DNA of 59,619 bases from a virus. Lineage: Duplodnaviria > Caudoviricetes. The notes beneath the pieces were generated by a model. The model saw nothing but the letters and a program-made list of their open reading frames with translations. It did no database searches and was not told the DNA's origin. The position numbers and the translations under genes are program-made. This document shows, piece after piece, positions 7,845 to 17,244 of the stretch (positions are counted from its first letter, which is position 1; the number at the start of each line of letters is the position of its first letter). Where the stretch lies: positions 1-59,619 of the IMG/VR virus record IMGVR_UViG_3300046170_000404; one strand, written 5' to 3'.

Positions 7845-9140
7845 TTACCTTCCTATCAATTCTGCTAAACCTCTACCATAACCTTTTGTAGTTCTACCAG
7901 GTTCGTTTGCTCTAGGAGTCGGATAAAACTTTCTTGATTGCGAGTCCGAAGATTCTTGCCATTTGTGGGACGATTGCGTTTCCGAGACTTTTGATTCTGC
8001 TTGCTCTATCTTTGTCCAATTCTCTGGAAATCCCATTAGGAACTCCACAAAGGTCGGATTCAATTTGCCACCAGGTTTTGGTATTTCGTTCTTTAGCATG
8101 TTGCCCACTACTGTTGATTTCCCCTTCTGACTGATTGGGAACGTCACGTTCTTTGAGTCGTGAGCCGTGGGTGTTGGTATTTGATTCTTGTCTGTGTTGT
8201 AAATCTTGTTCACTACATCGTTCAACTTCGCTCCGAACTTGGTTCCAGTGCCAACCCTCGTTACACTCCAACCTGATGAGTTCTGCTTCACTGTCTCTGG
8301 TGGTGCTACTACATCCATCTGACAACTCGCTGATGGTGTAGGAAACATTTGCATGTGTGCCGTCAGATTGTGTTGAGATGCTGCCTTCTCTCCCTTCCTC
8401 TTGATTAATGTCTCTGCATCCTCCTGTCCCGATGCTCTCGGTGTTGGATACATCTTCACTTGATCTGCTGCTATTCGTTGACCCAGACTGTGACCTCTCG
8501 TTTTCCCTACTGAGGGTGGTACCTTGTTCACTGAGTCCTTCCAATCTCTTGCGTTCGGTGTTGGGTACATCTTCTTTTGTTTCTGTATTTCGTCTGCTAC
8601 TACTCTCATCGATAGATCCATTCCCCTCGTTTTCCCTATTGATGGTGGCACTGTGTTCCTTGAATGATCTTGTGATGTCGGTGTTGGATACATCTTCATC
8701 GTTTCTGGATCCACTTGTTCTCTTAGATTCGATGGTTTGGTTCTGCCCTTCCTGTGTCCCTCCATTAATTTTTTTGTCCCTGCTGAGCTTCTCGGCGGCA
8801 AGTAATCCATTGTGTTTGGAGTGGCCCACAATCCAGACTCTAAATCTTTGGTGCCAAGCACCGATGCCTGAAGCTGGTATAAGGAAACATTGGACTTCGA
8901 AACCTTCACCTTCCAAGTCATCTTGCACCTGTCTGAGGACCATGCCGTTTTGGAGGTTAACAAGTCCTTGCACATTCTCCCCAATAACGAACTCGGGTTT
9001 GATTTCTTTAATGAGTCTAAACATTTCTGGCCAGAGATAACGGTTGTCGTCTCTCCCTTTTTGTTTTCCTGCAACGCTGAACGGCTGGCAGGGAAAACCT
9101 CCGACCACGATGTCTGCTTCGAATTCTTTTCCTTTGACAT
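7845..9140 (-). CDS. Alternative-frame second subunit of the C5 methyltransferase (PTP repeat modules plus motif IX)
   Basis: 431 aa ORF nested in the MTase gene; LNPTFVEFLMGFPENW is motif IX-like; repeated PTP modules. Confidence 0.75.
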   Translation of the reverse strand: MSKEKNSKQTSWSEVFPASRSALQENKKGETTTVISGQKCLDSLKKSNPSSLLGRMCKDLLTSKTAWSSDRCKMTWKVKVSKSNVSLYQLQASVLGTKDLESGLWATPNTMDYLPPRSSAGTKKLMEGHRKGRTKPSNLREQVDPETMKMYPTPTSQDHSRNTVPPSIGKTRGMDLSMRVVADEIQKQKKMYPTPNARDWKDSVNKVPPSVGKTRGHSLGQRIAADQVKMYPTPRASGQEDAETLIKRKGEKAASQHNLTAHMQMFPTPSASCQMDVVAPPETVKQNSSGWSVTRVGTGTKFGAKLNDVVNKIYNTDKNQIPTPTAHDSKNVTFPISQKGKSTVVGNMLKNEIPKPGGKLNPTFVEFLMGFPENWTKIEQAESKVSETQSSHKWQESSDSQSRKFYPTPRANEPGRTTKGYGRGLAELIGR

Positions 9141-9312
9141 TTTTTATATCTCCTTCAATTGGTATGTTTGGATAATTCTTTTTTAAAACCTTTTGACAAA
9201 ACTCATCAAACTCTACAAACTTAATTGTATCAAATATTCCTGTTGAGTGGAGGCCTAACGAGAAGCCTCCAATCCCAGAAAATAAATCTAAAACTTTTAA
9301 TTTATTTTCCAA
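7912..9312 (-). CDS. dcm: DNA cytosine-5 methyltransferase, catalytic subunit
   Basis: Motif I LDLFSGIGG, IV GFPCQ, VI ENV, VIII HQRFR, X LGNAIVP. Confidence 0.92.
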   Translation of the reverse strand: MENKLKVLDLFSGIGGFSLGLHSTGIFDTIKFVEFDEFCQKVLKKNYPNIPIEGDIKNVKGKEFEADIVVGGFPCQPFSVAGKQKGRDDNRYLWPEMFRLIKEIKPEFVIGENVQGLVNLQNGMVLRQVQDDLEGEGFEVQCFLIPASGIGAWHQRFRVWIVGHSKHNGLLAAEKLSRDKKINGGTQEGQNQTIESKRTSGSRNDEDVSNTDITRSFKEHSATINRENEGNGSIDESSSRRNTETKEDVPNTERKRLEGLSEQGTTLSRENERSQSGSTNSSRSSEDVSNTESIGTGGCRDINQEEGREGSISTQSDGTHANVSYTISELSDGCSSTTRDSEAELIRLECNEGWHWNQVRSEVERCSEQDLQHRQESNTNTHGSRLKERDVPNQSEGEINSSGQHAKERNTKTWWQIESDLCGVPNGISRELDKDRASRIKSLGNAIVPQMARIFGLAIKKVLSDS

Positions 9313-9535
9313 TGTATTCTTTTCTACTAGCGTCTCTCATTTTTAAGAATTTAAATTTTGCTATCTTTAACATTCTTTCAAATAAAGACTCTGCTTTAAA
9401 TGTTTTAACAACATTCATTATTTTACCATTCACTATAAATGTAAGTGTGTTGTTTGCATGATCTAACTCAATAGTAAAAAGTTCTTTTGCTTTTATTCGA
9501 GTATCAACTCTTTTTAGATCGTTTTCCGTCATCAT
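9302..9535 (-). CDS. Hypothetical protein
   Basis: Operon-like overlaps. Confidence 0.65.
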   Translation of the reverse strand: MMTENDLKRVDTRIKAKELFTIELDHANNTLTFIVNGKIMNVVKTFKAESLFERMLKIAKFKFLKMRDASRKEYIGK

Positions 9536-9731
9536 TACTTTCTCCGTTTAATAATTTTTTTCTAAAACTTTCAACAGTTGTTTTATTTTTCTTAGCTTGA
9601 TGTTCTACATAATCATTAAGAAGTTTTGAGACCATAGCTCCTGGTGCTCTAAACTTTGATTTGCAAAGTGATTTTAAAATTTTATAATCGTTAGCAGGAA
9701 TTGCTACTGACTTCCATTTATTGATGTCCAT
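9504..9731 (-). CDS. Ribbon-helix-helix (CopG/Arc-like) DNA-binding protein
   Basis: KSVAI strand followed by two helices (DYKILKSLC; GAMVSKLL). Confidence 0.65.
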   Translation of the reverse strand: MDINKWKSVAIPANDYKILKSLCKSKFRAPGAMVSKLLNDYVEHQAKKNKTTVESFRKKLLNGESNDDGKRSKKS

Positions 9732-10008
9732 CTTTGACCTCCATATCTTCAGTTAAAACTAAGGGCTCTTGTTCTACTTCAATTCCATAAGTTCTATATT
9801 TTGTTTTTTCAAGATCTAAAGGCTCTATTGTTTCAGTAATACCTAAAGCATCTTTGAGTCTTTTATTTTCTTCTTTTAATTTATTTATGTTTTCTTCTAG
9901 TAATTTCCAACTACTCATTAATTTATTAAATGCGTTTTGCATTCTAAGTAATGAATGTAATTCTCCTTCAGGCTTTTGTCCTAAGGGTAGTAAGTTATCT
10001 TTGGTCAT
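9718..10008 (-). CDS. Hypothetical coiled-coil protein
   Basis: GAGGAG SD; first gene after the operator-bearing promoter. Confidence 0.7.
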   Translation of the reverse strand: MTKDNLLPLGQKPEGELHSLLRMQNAFNKLMSSWKLLEENINKLKEENKRLKDALGITETIEPLDLEKTKYRTYGIEVEQEPLVLTEDMEVKDGHQ

Positions 10009-10046
10009 TTTGTCTCCTCATATTGTTGGTTTGTTTTTATTATGCT

Positions 10047-10079
10047 ATCTTAAATATATGGGATGTAATTAGAAGTCAA
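10047..10079 (-). promoter_or_regulatory. Promoter with ATCYYA-N6-TRRGAT operator
   Basis: TTGACT at 10079-10074; ATCTTA-AATATA-TGGGAT at 10047-10064. Confidence 0.7.
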
Positions 10080-10291
10080 TGAAAATAATTTTAATAATTT
10101 ATATCTGTTCAGTTGTAGGTGGTAGTTGTGCAAACCCTATACAAATAGAACCCCTTTATAAAGACTCGTTCGATTGCTATGTTGATGGCTACAAAAAATC
10201 AGTAGACTTATTAGAGGAAATGGGTAGAGATGAAGTAAATAAGTATGAGATATATACAAAGTTTACTTGTAAAAAATTATTAGAAATCTAA
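10079..10291 (+). CDS. Small Cys-containing exported or membrane-anchored protein
   Basis: Hydrophobic N-terminus, four Cys. Confidence 0.65.
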   Translation: MKIILIIYICSVVGGSCANPIQIEPLYKDSFDCYVDGYKKSVDLLEEMGRDEVNKYEIYTKFTCKKLLEI

Positions 10292-10552
10292 GTGATTATT
10301 AAATTTATACTATTAACATCATTTTGTTTAACATACCCAAATGGAGAGACAAAGTGTGGACAATACCTTAGAGATAACCTCTCAGATGCCTCAGAATGCA
10401 GATCGATAGCTAAAGCCATAGGTACAGCTAAAAAACGTCAAATCGAAGAATTAGGGGGCTCTATGGCCTCTTACAGTGTATTTTGTTATGCTATTGACAA
10501 ACAAGGCCTGGATATTGACCAAACCTTTGAAATATCTTATAATATCTTATGA
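10292..10552 (+). CDS. Small Cys-containing exported or membrane-anchored protein
   Basis: Hydrophobic N-terminus, four Cys with spacing like the neighbour. Confidence 0.6.
   Translation: MIIKFILLTSFCLTYPNGETKCGQYLRDNLSDASECRSIAKAIGTAKKRQIEELGGSMASYSVFCYAIDKQGLDIDQTFEISYNIL
10515..10543 (+). promoter_or_regulatory. Near-consensus sigma70 promoter for a leaderless transcript
   Basis: TTGACC-17 bp-TATAAT; ATG 5 nt downstream. Confidence 0.7.
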
Positions 10553-10743
10553 CAGCTTATCGTATCAAAGCATACATGGGAGGCTTGCAAGTAGACCAAG
10601 TAGTCGAAGCAGCCGATTGCAAAGAAGCGATTTTAAAAGTGTCAAAACAAGTGGAGGATGGTACTACTGAAGTTATCAATGATGGCTTCACTGGTAATAA
10701 AAGACTTCACGTAACATACGAGGAGATCGTAAATGTTAAGTAA
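10549..10743 (+). CDS. Hypothetical protein
   Basis: ORF track. Confidence 0.65.
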   Translation: MTAYRIKAYMGGLQVDQVVEAADCKEAILKVSKQVEDGTTEVINDGFTGNKRLHVTYEEIVNVK

Positions 10744-10918
10744 AGAAAAATTGGAGTTGCTTAAAAAACTTCAACACAAAGAGCATACTTGGTCAGCTAG
10801 TCTTATGACAAATGGAATATGTACTACTGAGATGTTAAAGACTGAGAGTGAAATTAAATCTCTTAGAAATGAGTTAAAGCACCAAGATGTTCAAGAACTC
10901 TTAGCTGCAACAGGCTAA
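10733..10918 (+). CDS. Hypothetical protein
   Basis: GAGGAG SD; ORF track. Confidence 0.65.
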   Translation: MLSKEKLELLKKLQHKEHTWSASLMTNGICTTEMLKTESEIKSLRNELKHQDVQELLAATG

Positions 10919-11343
10919 GTTTTATTTGGTTTTAAAAAACTAAACTTTTTTCCTAGGGATTCTTTCGGCTTAATAAACTCATAATGGTTTATAATTTTTA
11001 AAAGTCTTTCTCTTTTTACAGTAGCATAGGGTAAAAATAATTTTGCAAGATGTAATGCTTTTTGGTGTGAACATCTCCATCTCCATTGATCTACCTTACC
11101 TAATGATCCTTTACCTATACCCTTAAAATGAATACTTCCAACCTTAACAATATCATAAAAATTTTTAATACAATCTAAATCAGTCATTGCAATCTCCATC
11201 GCAACATTCCATTTTAAATAAGTCTTACCGTTTGGTTTATTACATTTATATTGTGCGTAATTAATATTACCTTCACCATCAAACAATCCTGCTGCGTAAG
11301 CCATTAAGTCTTTGTTATCGTGAGGGAAATTTCTACTTAGCAT
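10915..11343 (-). CDS. Single-motif LAGLIDADG endonuclease-like protein
   Basis: AYAAGLFDGEGNI motif; free-standing, directly after the polymerase. Confidence 0.75.
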   Translation of the reverse strand: MLSRNFPHDNKDLMAYAAGLFDGEGNINYAQYKCNKPNGKTYLKWNVAMEIAMTDLDCIKNFYDIVKVGSIHFKGIGKGSLGKVDQWRWRCSHQKALHLAKLFLPYATVKRERLLKIINHYEFIKPKESLGKKFSFLKPNKT

Positions 11344-13207
11344 CTCCCCAACTTTTTCCAAGTCCTACATCAACTACTGAAGGTACTTTAAATTCAATTG
11401 AGTCTTCCATAATATTTTTAATATCTTTTGCATGAGCCTCATCTTTTATATTAAAACAAAGTTCATCATGGATCTGTAACATTGGTAAGTGGCCTGCATT
11501 GTAGCAATCTAACATTGATTGTTTTGTTTGATCAGCTGAGGATCCTTGAATTAATCTATTTAAAGCTTTGTATGTAAATGCTCTTTTAATATTATCTTTG
11601 CCATATTTTGCTACTGCATTATCAAATGTTTCAGCTTGGTGTAACCCAAAGTCTCTTGTTTCCCATTTATCAAATCTACACTTCCTACCTTTTTTAGTTC
11701 TTATCACACCCTTCTCATCTGCTGCTAACTTACATCTGTCAGATAGTTTTCTAATAAATGGCACCTTCTTATTATATTTTGTAATTAATTCATCTGCTTC
11801 ATCTTTAGTAACACCTAATGACAATGCTAATTTATTCTTACCCATTCCATACATGATACCAAGGCCAATAGTTTTAGCTTGAGTTCTCTCAATACCCACA
11901 AGATCTGCAACTGTTTGATGAAAGTCTGCACTGTTATCTTTATATGCTTCAACTAATTCTTGAGATCCTGCATAACCATTTTCTCCAATAGATGCTGCAT
12001 AGTGTACAGTCATTCTAGGTTCTTGTTGTGAATAATCAAATGATCCCCATTGATATCCCTCTTCTGGTATAAATAATGATCTTATCTTTGGTCCTAAATC
12101 TTTGTTTCTAGCAGGTACTTGTTGTAGGTTTGGGTTACTCATGGATAGTCTACCCGATACAGTTCCCCCTAAATCAGATCTAAGTTGTTGGATCTCTCCA
12201 TGTATTCTACCTTTGACCTGGTATCGAAGTATTGATGACAGGAAAGTGCTATGAAATTTATTTACCTCTCTGGCTTGCACAATCAATTGGGCTAGTTTAT
12301 GTTTGTTATTTATTAACCAATTTTGTGTAAAGGAAGGCTCTTTTGTTTTTTCAGTTCGTGGATAGTCTAGTTTCATTTTGTCAAAAGCTTTGGCAATCTG
12401 GCGTGATGCCCAAATGTCTACTTCTATTCCTGATTCTTTTTGTATGGCCTCCAGTATTACTTTTTCTTGGCTCAACATTTCTTTTTTTAGTTGTTCAGCT
12501 AATTCCACTTGGACTCTCACTCCTCGTTGACGCATTTTTATCAACACCGGAATTAATTGTTGTTCTAAATCCCACACAGTTTCTAGACTCTGAGTTCTTA
12601 TCTCTTGTTTAAATCTTTGCCATAACTTTAATGTAAGCACTGCATCTTGCTCTGCATAATATCCAACATGCTCTGCAGGTAACTTCCACATCTCTGCTTT
12701 AGGATCTATACCATGAGCCGCGGCAGCTTCTCTTAATTCTGTTTCTGCTTTTATTTCTCCAAGATAATCTACTGACAATGCATTTAATGAATAACTAAAT
12801 CTATTCTCATCTATTAATGCTGCGGCAATCATTGTATCTACTATTGGTCCGTTGACCGTGATCCCAGATGCTTCTAACCATCCTACATCATACTGAGCAT
12901 TATGAAATATTTTTGCACAAGGTAAGCTACAAACTTTTTTCATGTATGCTTTGACTTGTTCAGGTATCATATTACCACCACCTAAATGACCAAACGGAAA
13001 GTATCCTTGCCATCCATCAACGGCTACTGCAAAACCTACAATCTCTCCTTTACCTAAAGCCCAACCAGCTCCAAGCTTTTCATTAATACCATCGTCCCTA
13101 GTTTCTAAGTCGATTGCTATCTCAGTTGCACTAGATAGATCTTTATACTCTGATGGTGTGTTCCACATTGATTTCTTAAATGTTAACGTGAGTTGTAGTC
13201 CGTTCAT
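11333..13207 (-). CDS. polA: Family A DNA polymerase with 3'-5' exonuclease
   Basis: IDLET, FHNAQYD, GRLS..NPNLQQ, DYSQQEPR, KTIGLGIMYG, IHDE. Confidence 0.95.
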   Translation of the reverse strand: MNGLQLTLTFKKSMWNTPSEYKDLSSATEIAIDLETRDDGINEKLGAGWALGKGEIVGFAVAVDGWQGYFPFGHLGGGNMIPEQVKAYMKKVCSLPCAKIFHNAQYDVGWLEASGITVNGPIVDTMIAAALIDENRFSYSLNALSVDYLGEIKAETELREAAAAHGIDPKAEMWKLPAEHVGYYAEQDAVLTLKLWQRFKQEIRTQSLETVWDLEQQLIPVLIKMRQRGVRVQVELAEQLKKEMLSQEKVILEAIQKESGIEVDIWASRQIAKAFDKMKLDYPRTEKTKEPSFTQNWLINNKHKLAQLIVQAREVNKFHSTFLSSILRYQVKGRIHGEIQQLRSDLGGTVSGRLSMSNPNLQQVPARNKDLGPKIRSLFIPEEGYQWGSFDYSQQEPRMTVHYAASIGENGYAGSQELVEAYKDNSADFHQTVADLVGIERTQAKTIGLGIMYGMGKNKLALSLGVTKDEADELITKYNKKVPFIRKLSDRCKLAADEKGVIRTKKGRKCRFDKWETRDFGLHQAETFDNAVAKYGKDNIKRAFTYKALNRLIQGSSADQTKQSMLDCYNAGHLPMLQIHDELCFNIKDEAHAKDIKNIMEDSIEFKVPSVVDVGLGKSWGDAK

Positions 13208-13452
13208 TTTTTTTCTTCTTTCAAATGTTGTTTCTCTAACTCGCAGTAATGAATAATCTTGTCTATATCTTCTATTGTTTTACCTTTAAATAAATATCTA
13301 CATACATACTTAATTACATTTGCTTGAAAAGGATTGAGACCATTCTTTCGTATAAAAGTCCATGGTTGAATAATAAATGATTGATAGTGAGATCCTCCAA
13401 TTTGTTTTTCATCTGCATCTTTAGTTTCATCAAACATTTTTTTATTTGTCAT
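13204..13452 (-). CDS. DUF3310-family protein
   Basis: QIGGSHY...NVIKY.CRY..KG..ED..K..HY. Confidence 0.8.
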   Translation of the reverse strand: MTNKKMFDETKDADEKQIGGSHYQSFIIQPWTFIRKNGLNPFQANVIKYVCRYLFKGKTIEDIDKIIHYCELEKQHLKEEKK

Positions 13453-13453
13453 A

Positions 13454-14089
13454 TTAATTTAAAATTAATTTGTTTATACTTTTTTCATACCCAGCAATTC
13501 CTTTTACGAAAACATTAAAACCTAAACTGACTCTAGTGTAATTTTGTTCATTAATTTCTACATAATGTTTTAAATTTGATGGAAAAATAATAAGCATTCC
13601 CTTGTTTACTGGAAAAATACATTTGTAAGAATTGTAAGTGTTGTATTTTTTTGGTTTACCAAAATAAATTATATCACTAGTATCTCTTCTAGTTGTTGTT
13701 TTAAAATTTATTGCATCATTTTGTTTGTCACTATTTACATAAAAGACACCAGAAATTATAGAGTTTTGGTGTATATGAACATGATGCCCTTGATCTTTGT
13801 TATTATAATTTAACCAAGATTGCAAAATATATGGTTTTAATCCATCTTCAATGGACACTACTTCTTTAAAATAATTATTTAAATGTTCCTCAAAAAAAAA
13901 TTTTAAATTTTTTAATCTCGAATCATTTAAAACATTAGTACATTGAGAAGTAAAATTTTTATATTTGTTTTCATTTGTATTATTAAAATTTTCTTTAACT
14001 GAATTTATTTCTTCTTCAGTCAAATTTCTTTGTAGTTCAGTTTGATACAAAGGCACTGAAAATAATGGATTAATTTTAAAATTTGTCAT
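13454..14089 (-). CDS. Putative 2OG-Fe(II) oxygenase (TIGR02466-like)
   Basis: SW.N, HIH, ISGVFY, IIFPS.L.H.V, RVSLGFN. Confidence 0.85.
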   Translation of the reverse strand: MTNFKINPLFSVPLYQTELQRNLTEEEINSVKENFNNTNENKYKNFTSQCTNVLNDSRLKNLKFFFEEHLNNYFKEVVSIEDGLKPYILQSWLNYNNKDQGHHVHIHQNSIISGVFYVNSDKQNDAINFKTTTRRDTSDIIYFGKPKKYNTYNSYKCIFPVNKGMLIIFPSNLKHYVEINEQNYTRVSLGFNVFVKGIAGYEKSINKLILN

Positions 14090-15722
14090 TTTTCTCCTGT
14101 ACGTAAATCAAATAGTCTTGTCCAATTGGGTAGTTAAACTTATAGTCTGTTCTTAATAAATGTAAAGTTTTTCTTGCTCTTGTTGCACCGGTGTACCAAA
14201 CCTTACGTTCATCACTTTTTTCTTGTTTGTTTTTGTTTGCATAATCAGATGGGTAGTTACCTTTACTGTATAAGACAACATGATTTGCTTCACCACCTTT
14301 TACACTATGTATTGTATCTATGGTTATTAATGGATCTTTATCTAATTCTTTTTGACCATACCTTCTTAATAATCTAATAAAGTGTCTTACTTGTCTTGGT
14401 TTAAAATTTCTTCTTAATATCCAATACCAAGGTTTATTTTTTTGTGTATCCTCTAATGCTAAACCACACCACTCTTTTAAAGTTTGGAAATCATATTCTC
14501 TTAGATCTGGTTCATTTCTCCAAAATTTATCTAATCTGTATGCAGGGTCTTCAAGTTCTCTTATATACTTAACCATATTACGTGCTGCTCTTTTATCTAT
14601 CTTCTTATTATTACTTAAAGTTGTCCAAGCTTTGATAGCTTCCCATTGTTTCTGATCAAAACATTTAGTGCCCTTATTATCTTTGTAATATAAACCTGCA
14701 TCCTTAGCTAACATTCTAAGTTCATTAACAGTTTCATTAATACGACCTAGAATATACCAATCTTCTTTAAAAGTTTCGAAAGGAATTTCTTTAAATGATA
14801 AATAACTTTTAACAGATCCTTTAGAGTTTCCTGGTTGATATTCTTTCTCTTCACTATCTCTTATCCCTCTTCTAATTACTTGAGAGAACCTATGAATTGC
14901 TTCTCCAAACCTTTGAGTCTTTCTTAATTTTACTTTTCGACCTGGAAAGAACTTAGTAAAATATTTTGGATCAGCTCCATTCCATTTGTATATAGCTTGA
15001 TCATCATCTCCTGCTAAATATATTCTATCTACTTTAGGTGCCATCTTATATAACACTGACCATTGTAACGGTGTACAATCTTGTGCTTCATCTAAAATTA
15101 AAACTTTAAGTGGTGGAAAATCTACTTCTGTAATTGCTCTTTGAATCATATCGTCAAAGTCTATAAAGGATCTCTCTCCTCCACCTGTCTTATAGTGTTC
15201 GTAAGTATCTATCTTTCTTTTAAATACTGTAAGTGAATCTCTTTTATAACTCTCCATTTTATATGCTTCTTCTGGATCAATTAGTAAATTTCTGGCTTTA
15301 CTATAAACTCCTAATGACCAATCTTTATACATGAAATTATCATCGGCTAATCTTTTATCTGAAGACTTAATTACTTTAGTCTGTAGTGCAAAATCAATTG
15401 TACAATCTTTAGGATCAAATACTTCTTCTGGAAAATATCTACGACAATAGGTATGTAATGTTTTAAATCTTGAAAAGTCTTCTGTAGAATAATTAGGAAA
15501 AGATTCCATGGCTCTTTTAACTGCAGTGTTAACTGCTTTGTTGGTAAATGATAAGTAAGCAATATCATTTGGCCTAATACCTTTTCTTAAATAACTTTTA
15601 AGTACCTTCTCAATCAGTGTGTATGTTTTACCTGTACCTGGAGGACCAAAGATCTTCACTGTCTTATGATAAAGATCTTTAAGTATTTTAAGTTCTAAAC
15701 TTTCCTGTGTGGAATTCGTCAT
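14076..15722 (-). CDS. UvrD/Rep-like SF1 helicase
   Basis: GPPGTGKT, DEAQD, GDDDQAIY, TIHSVKGGE, YTGATRA. Confidence 0.92.
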   Translation of the reverse strand: MTNSTQESLELKILKDLYHKTVKIFGPPGTGKTYTLIEKVLKSYLRKGIRPNDIAYLSFTNKAVNTAVKRAMESFPNYSTEDFSRFKTLHTYCRRYFPEEVFDPKDCTIDFALQTKVIKSSDKRLADDNFMYKDWSLGVYSKARNLLIDPEEAYKMESYKRDSLTVFKRKIDTYEHYKTGGGERSFIDFDDMIQRAITEVDFPPLKVLILDEAQDCTPLQWSVLYKMAPKVDRIYLAGDDDQAIYKWNGADPKYFTKFFPGRKVKLRKTQRFGEAIHRFSQVIRRGIRDSEEKEYQPGNSKGSVKSYLSFKEIPFETFKEDWYILGRINETVNELRMLAKDAGLYYKDNKGTKCFDQKQWEAIKAWTTLSNNKKIDKRAARNMVKYIRELEDPAYRLDKFWRNEPDLREYDFQTLKEWCGLALEDTQKNKPWYWILRRNFKPRQVRHFIRLLRRYGQKELDKDPLITIDTIHSVKGGEANHVVLYSKGNYPSDYANKNKQEKSDERKVWYTGATRARKTLHLLRTDYKFNYPIGQDYLIYVQEKNDKF

Positions 15723-17238
15723 CCATCTCCGATACAGTTTTAGTTGTTTCTTTTTTCTCTGCTACTTTGTAATCAACAAACTTAGGCATCATTACTGACC
15801 ATACATTCTTAACTCCTTCATGATAATCATGCCTGTCACAATTAAGAAGATTCAATGCTTCACTAGCACTCTTAAATGTTTTATCACTACCTAAAAACTT
15901 TTCAAAAGTAATCTTTTTAAAATAACAAATATTTGTTGAAGAGTCGAGTATAACATAATTATCTTTAAGTTTCTCGAAATCATCTTCTTCAATATGAGAC
16001 TCAAAGAATTTTTTAAGAAAATTATATTTCTCTTCACCAAGTGTGTCTTCAAATTTCATCTTCTCATTCTCTACTGCTTTTCTAACTAATGTAGCCATAA
16101 GCATTTCAAATGGAGATGGTCCCGACTTAGGTTTAGGTAATGTCATCCAATAGATACCATATCTAAGTAACTTAACTCTAAAAGATTTTTCATCTTTCAT
16201 ATCTTCTGGATTAATTATTATTTTCTCATCTTGAAACTTAAATGTGTATTCAATTGATTTAGTGGATCTAATAAACTCTACATCTTCAAAGTCATCAATC
16301 ATATCTGGTACTTGTGAACCAATACCCAGCTTTCTTAATTTACATAGATCCTTATTACATAGGGGTGCAATTGCATTTGTTTTAGGTGGACATTTATAAG
16401 TATAATCTTTTTTAGATATAGACTTAGCAAGTGTCTCTACTTCTTTTGGATCTAACGGGGTTGTAAATATTTCATAGTTTCTTTTCTGTAAAATATTTTG
16501 CATCTCATTTGCATTTAAGCTGCCATCGGCTTTCTTCATTTCAAGAACACCAACATTAAATAATAGTTCGTTACGGTGGTTACCTTCCCATTTTTCTGAA
16601 ATCATTTTCTGAACACAAGGAGGATAATGTTTCCAATCACTCTCTGGTTCATACTCTTTAACTTTAATATTATTTAACTGCTCCAAAGTCACAGTCTTTT
16701 TAGTTATCATTTCTAAAAAATTATTTATCATTACTGGAGTATTGTTATCATTGTAAGCAAACTCAGTAGTTTGATCCATGTTGAAGTAAGGCATGTTCAA
16801 ACATTTGTTCATAGGAAATACTTCTTCAGAATAGAAAAAAGTTTTATTCCACTCATTTAAAACTTTAAGAACTTCTTGAGTAGGATACCAATCATTTAAA
16901 AATAAAAATAAATGTAACCCACCAGATTTAGATCTTACTGCTATTAATGGTAGTTGATTGTCTCTTATGATATCTACAATTTTCTTTTCTGAAAATGTAG
17001 TATAGTTACGAGGATCAATATCAATACATCCCCATTTACACACGTCACCGTTCTCAGGTTTAATCCCAATCCGTGTCTCTCCTTTTAAATGTTTCTTCCA
17101 TAGTTCAAGGGTAACAGGTTCGTGAACCGTGAGTACTTTAACCTGCTTCTTTCCCCGTTCATCAACTTCCCCCGTAAGAGAAGTTGTGATGAACAGTTCA
17201 GAATTACCCTCAAATATTTTTAAGAGTTTTTGCTCCAT
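15688..17238 (-). CDS. AEP-superfamily primase with Cys-rich C-terminal domain
   Basis: IDID, RSKSGGLH, PPC...RN...YKC...C...C pattern. Confidence 0.75.
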   Translation of the reverse strand: MEQKLLKIFEGNSELFITTSLTGEVDERGKKQVKVLTVHEPVTLELWKKHLKGETRIGIKPENGDVCKWGCIDIDPRNYTTFSEKKIVDIIRDNQLPLIAVRSKSGGLHLFLFLNDWYPTQEVLKVLNEWNKTFFYSEEVFPMNKCLNMPYFNMDQTTEFAYNDNNTPVMINNFLEMITKKTVTLEQLNNIKVKEYEPESDWKHYPPCVQKMISEKWEGNHRNELLFNVGVLEMKKADGSLNANEMQNILQKRNYEIFTTPLDPKEVETLAKSISKKDYTYKCPPKTNAIAPLCNKDLCKLRKLGIGSQVPDMIDDFEDVEFIRSTKSIEYTFKFQDEKIIINPEDMKDEKSFRVKLLRYGIYWMTLPKPKSGPSPFEMLMATLVRKAVENEKMKFEDTLGEEKYNFLKKFFESHIEEDDFEKLKDNYVILDSSTNICYFKKITFEKFLGSDKTFKSASEALNLLNCDRHDYHEGVKNVWSVMMPKFVDYKVAEKKETTKTVSEMDDEFHTGKFRT

Positions 17239-17244
17239 GGTTAA

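Noticed and set aside
7934-9186. Plus-strand ORFs antisense to the methyltransferase as a third coding layer
   Set aside because: Leu/Ser-rich without motifs; expected by-product of two open frames and higher GC on the opposite strand.
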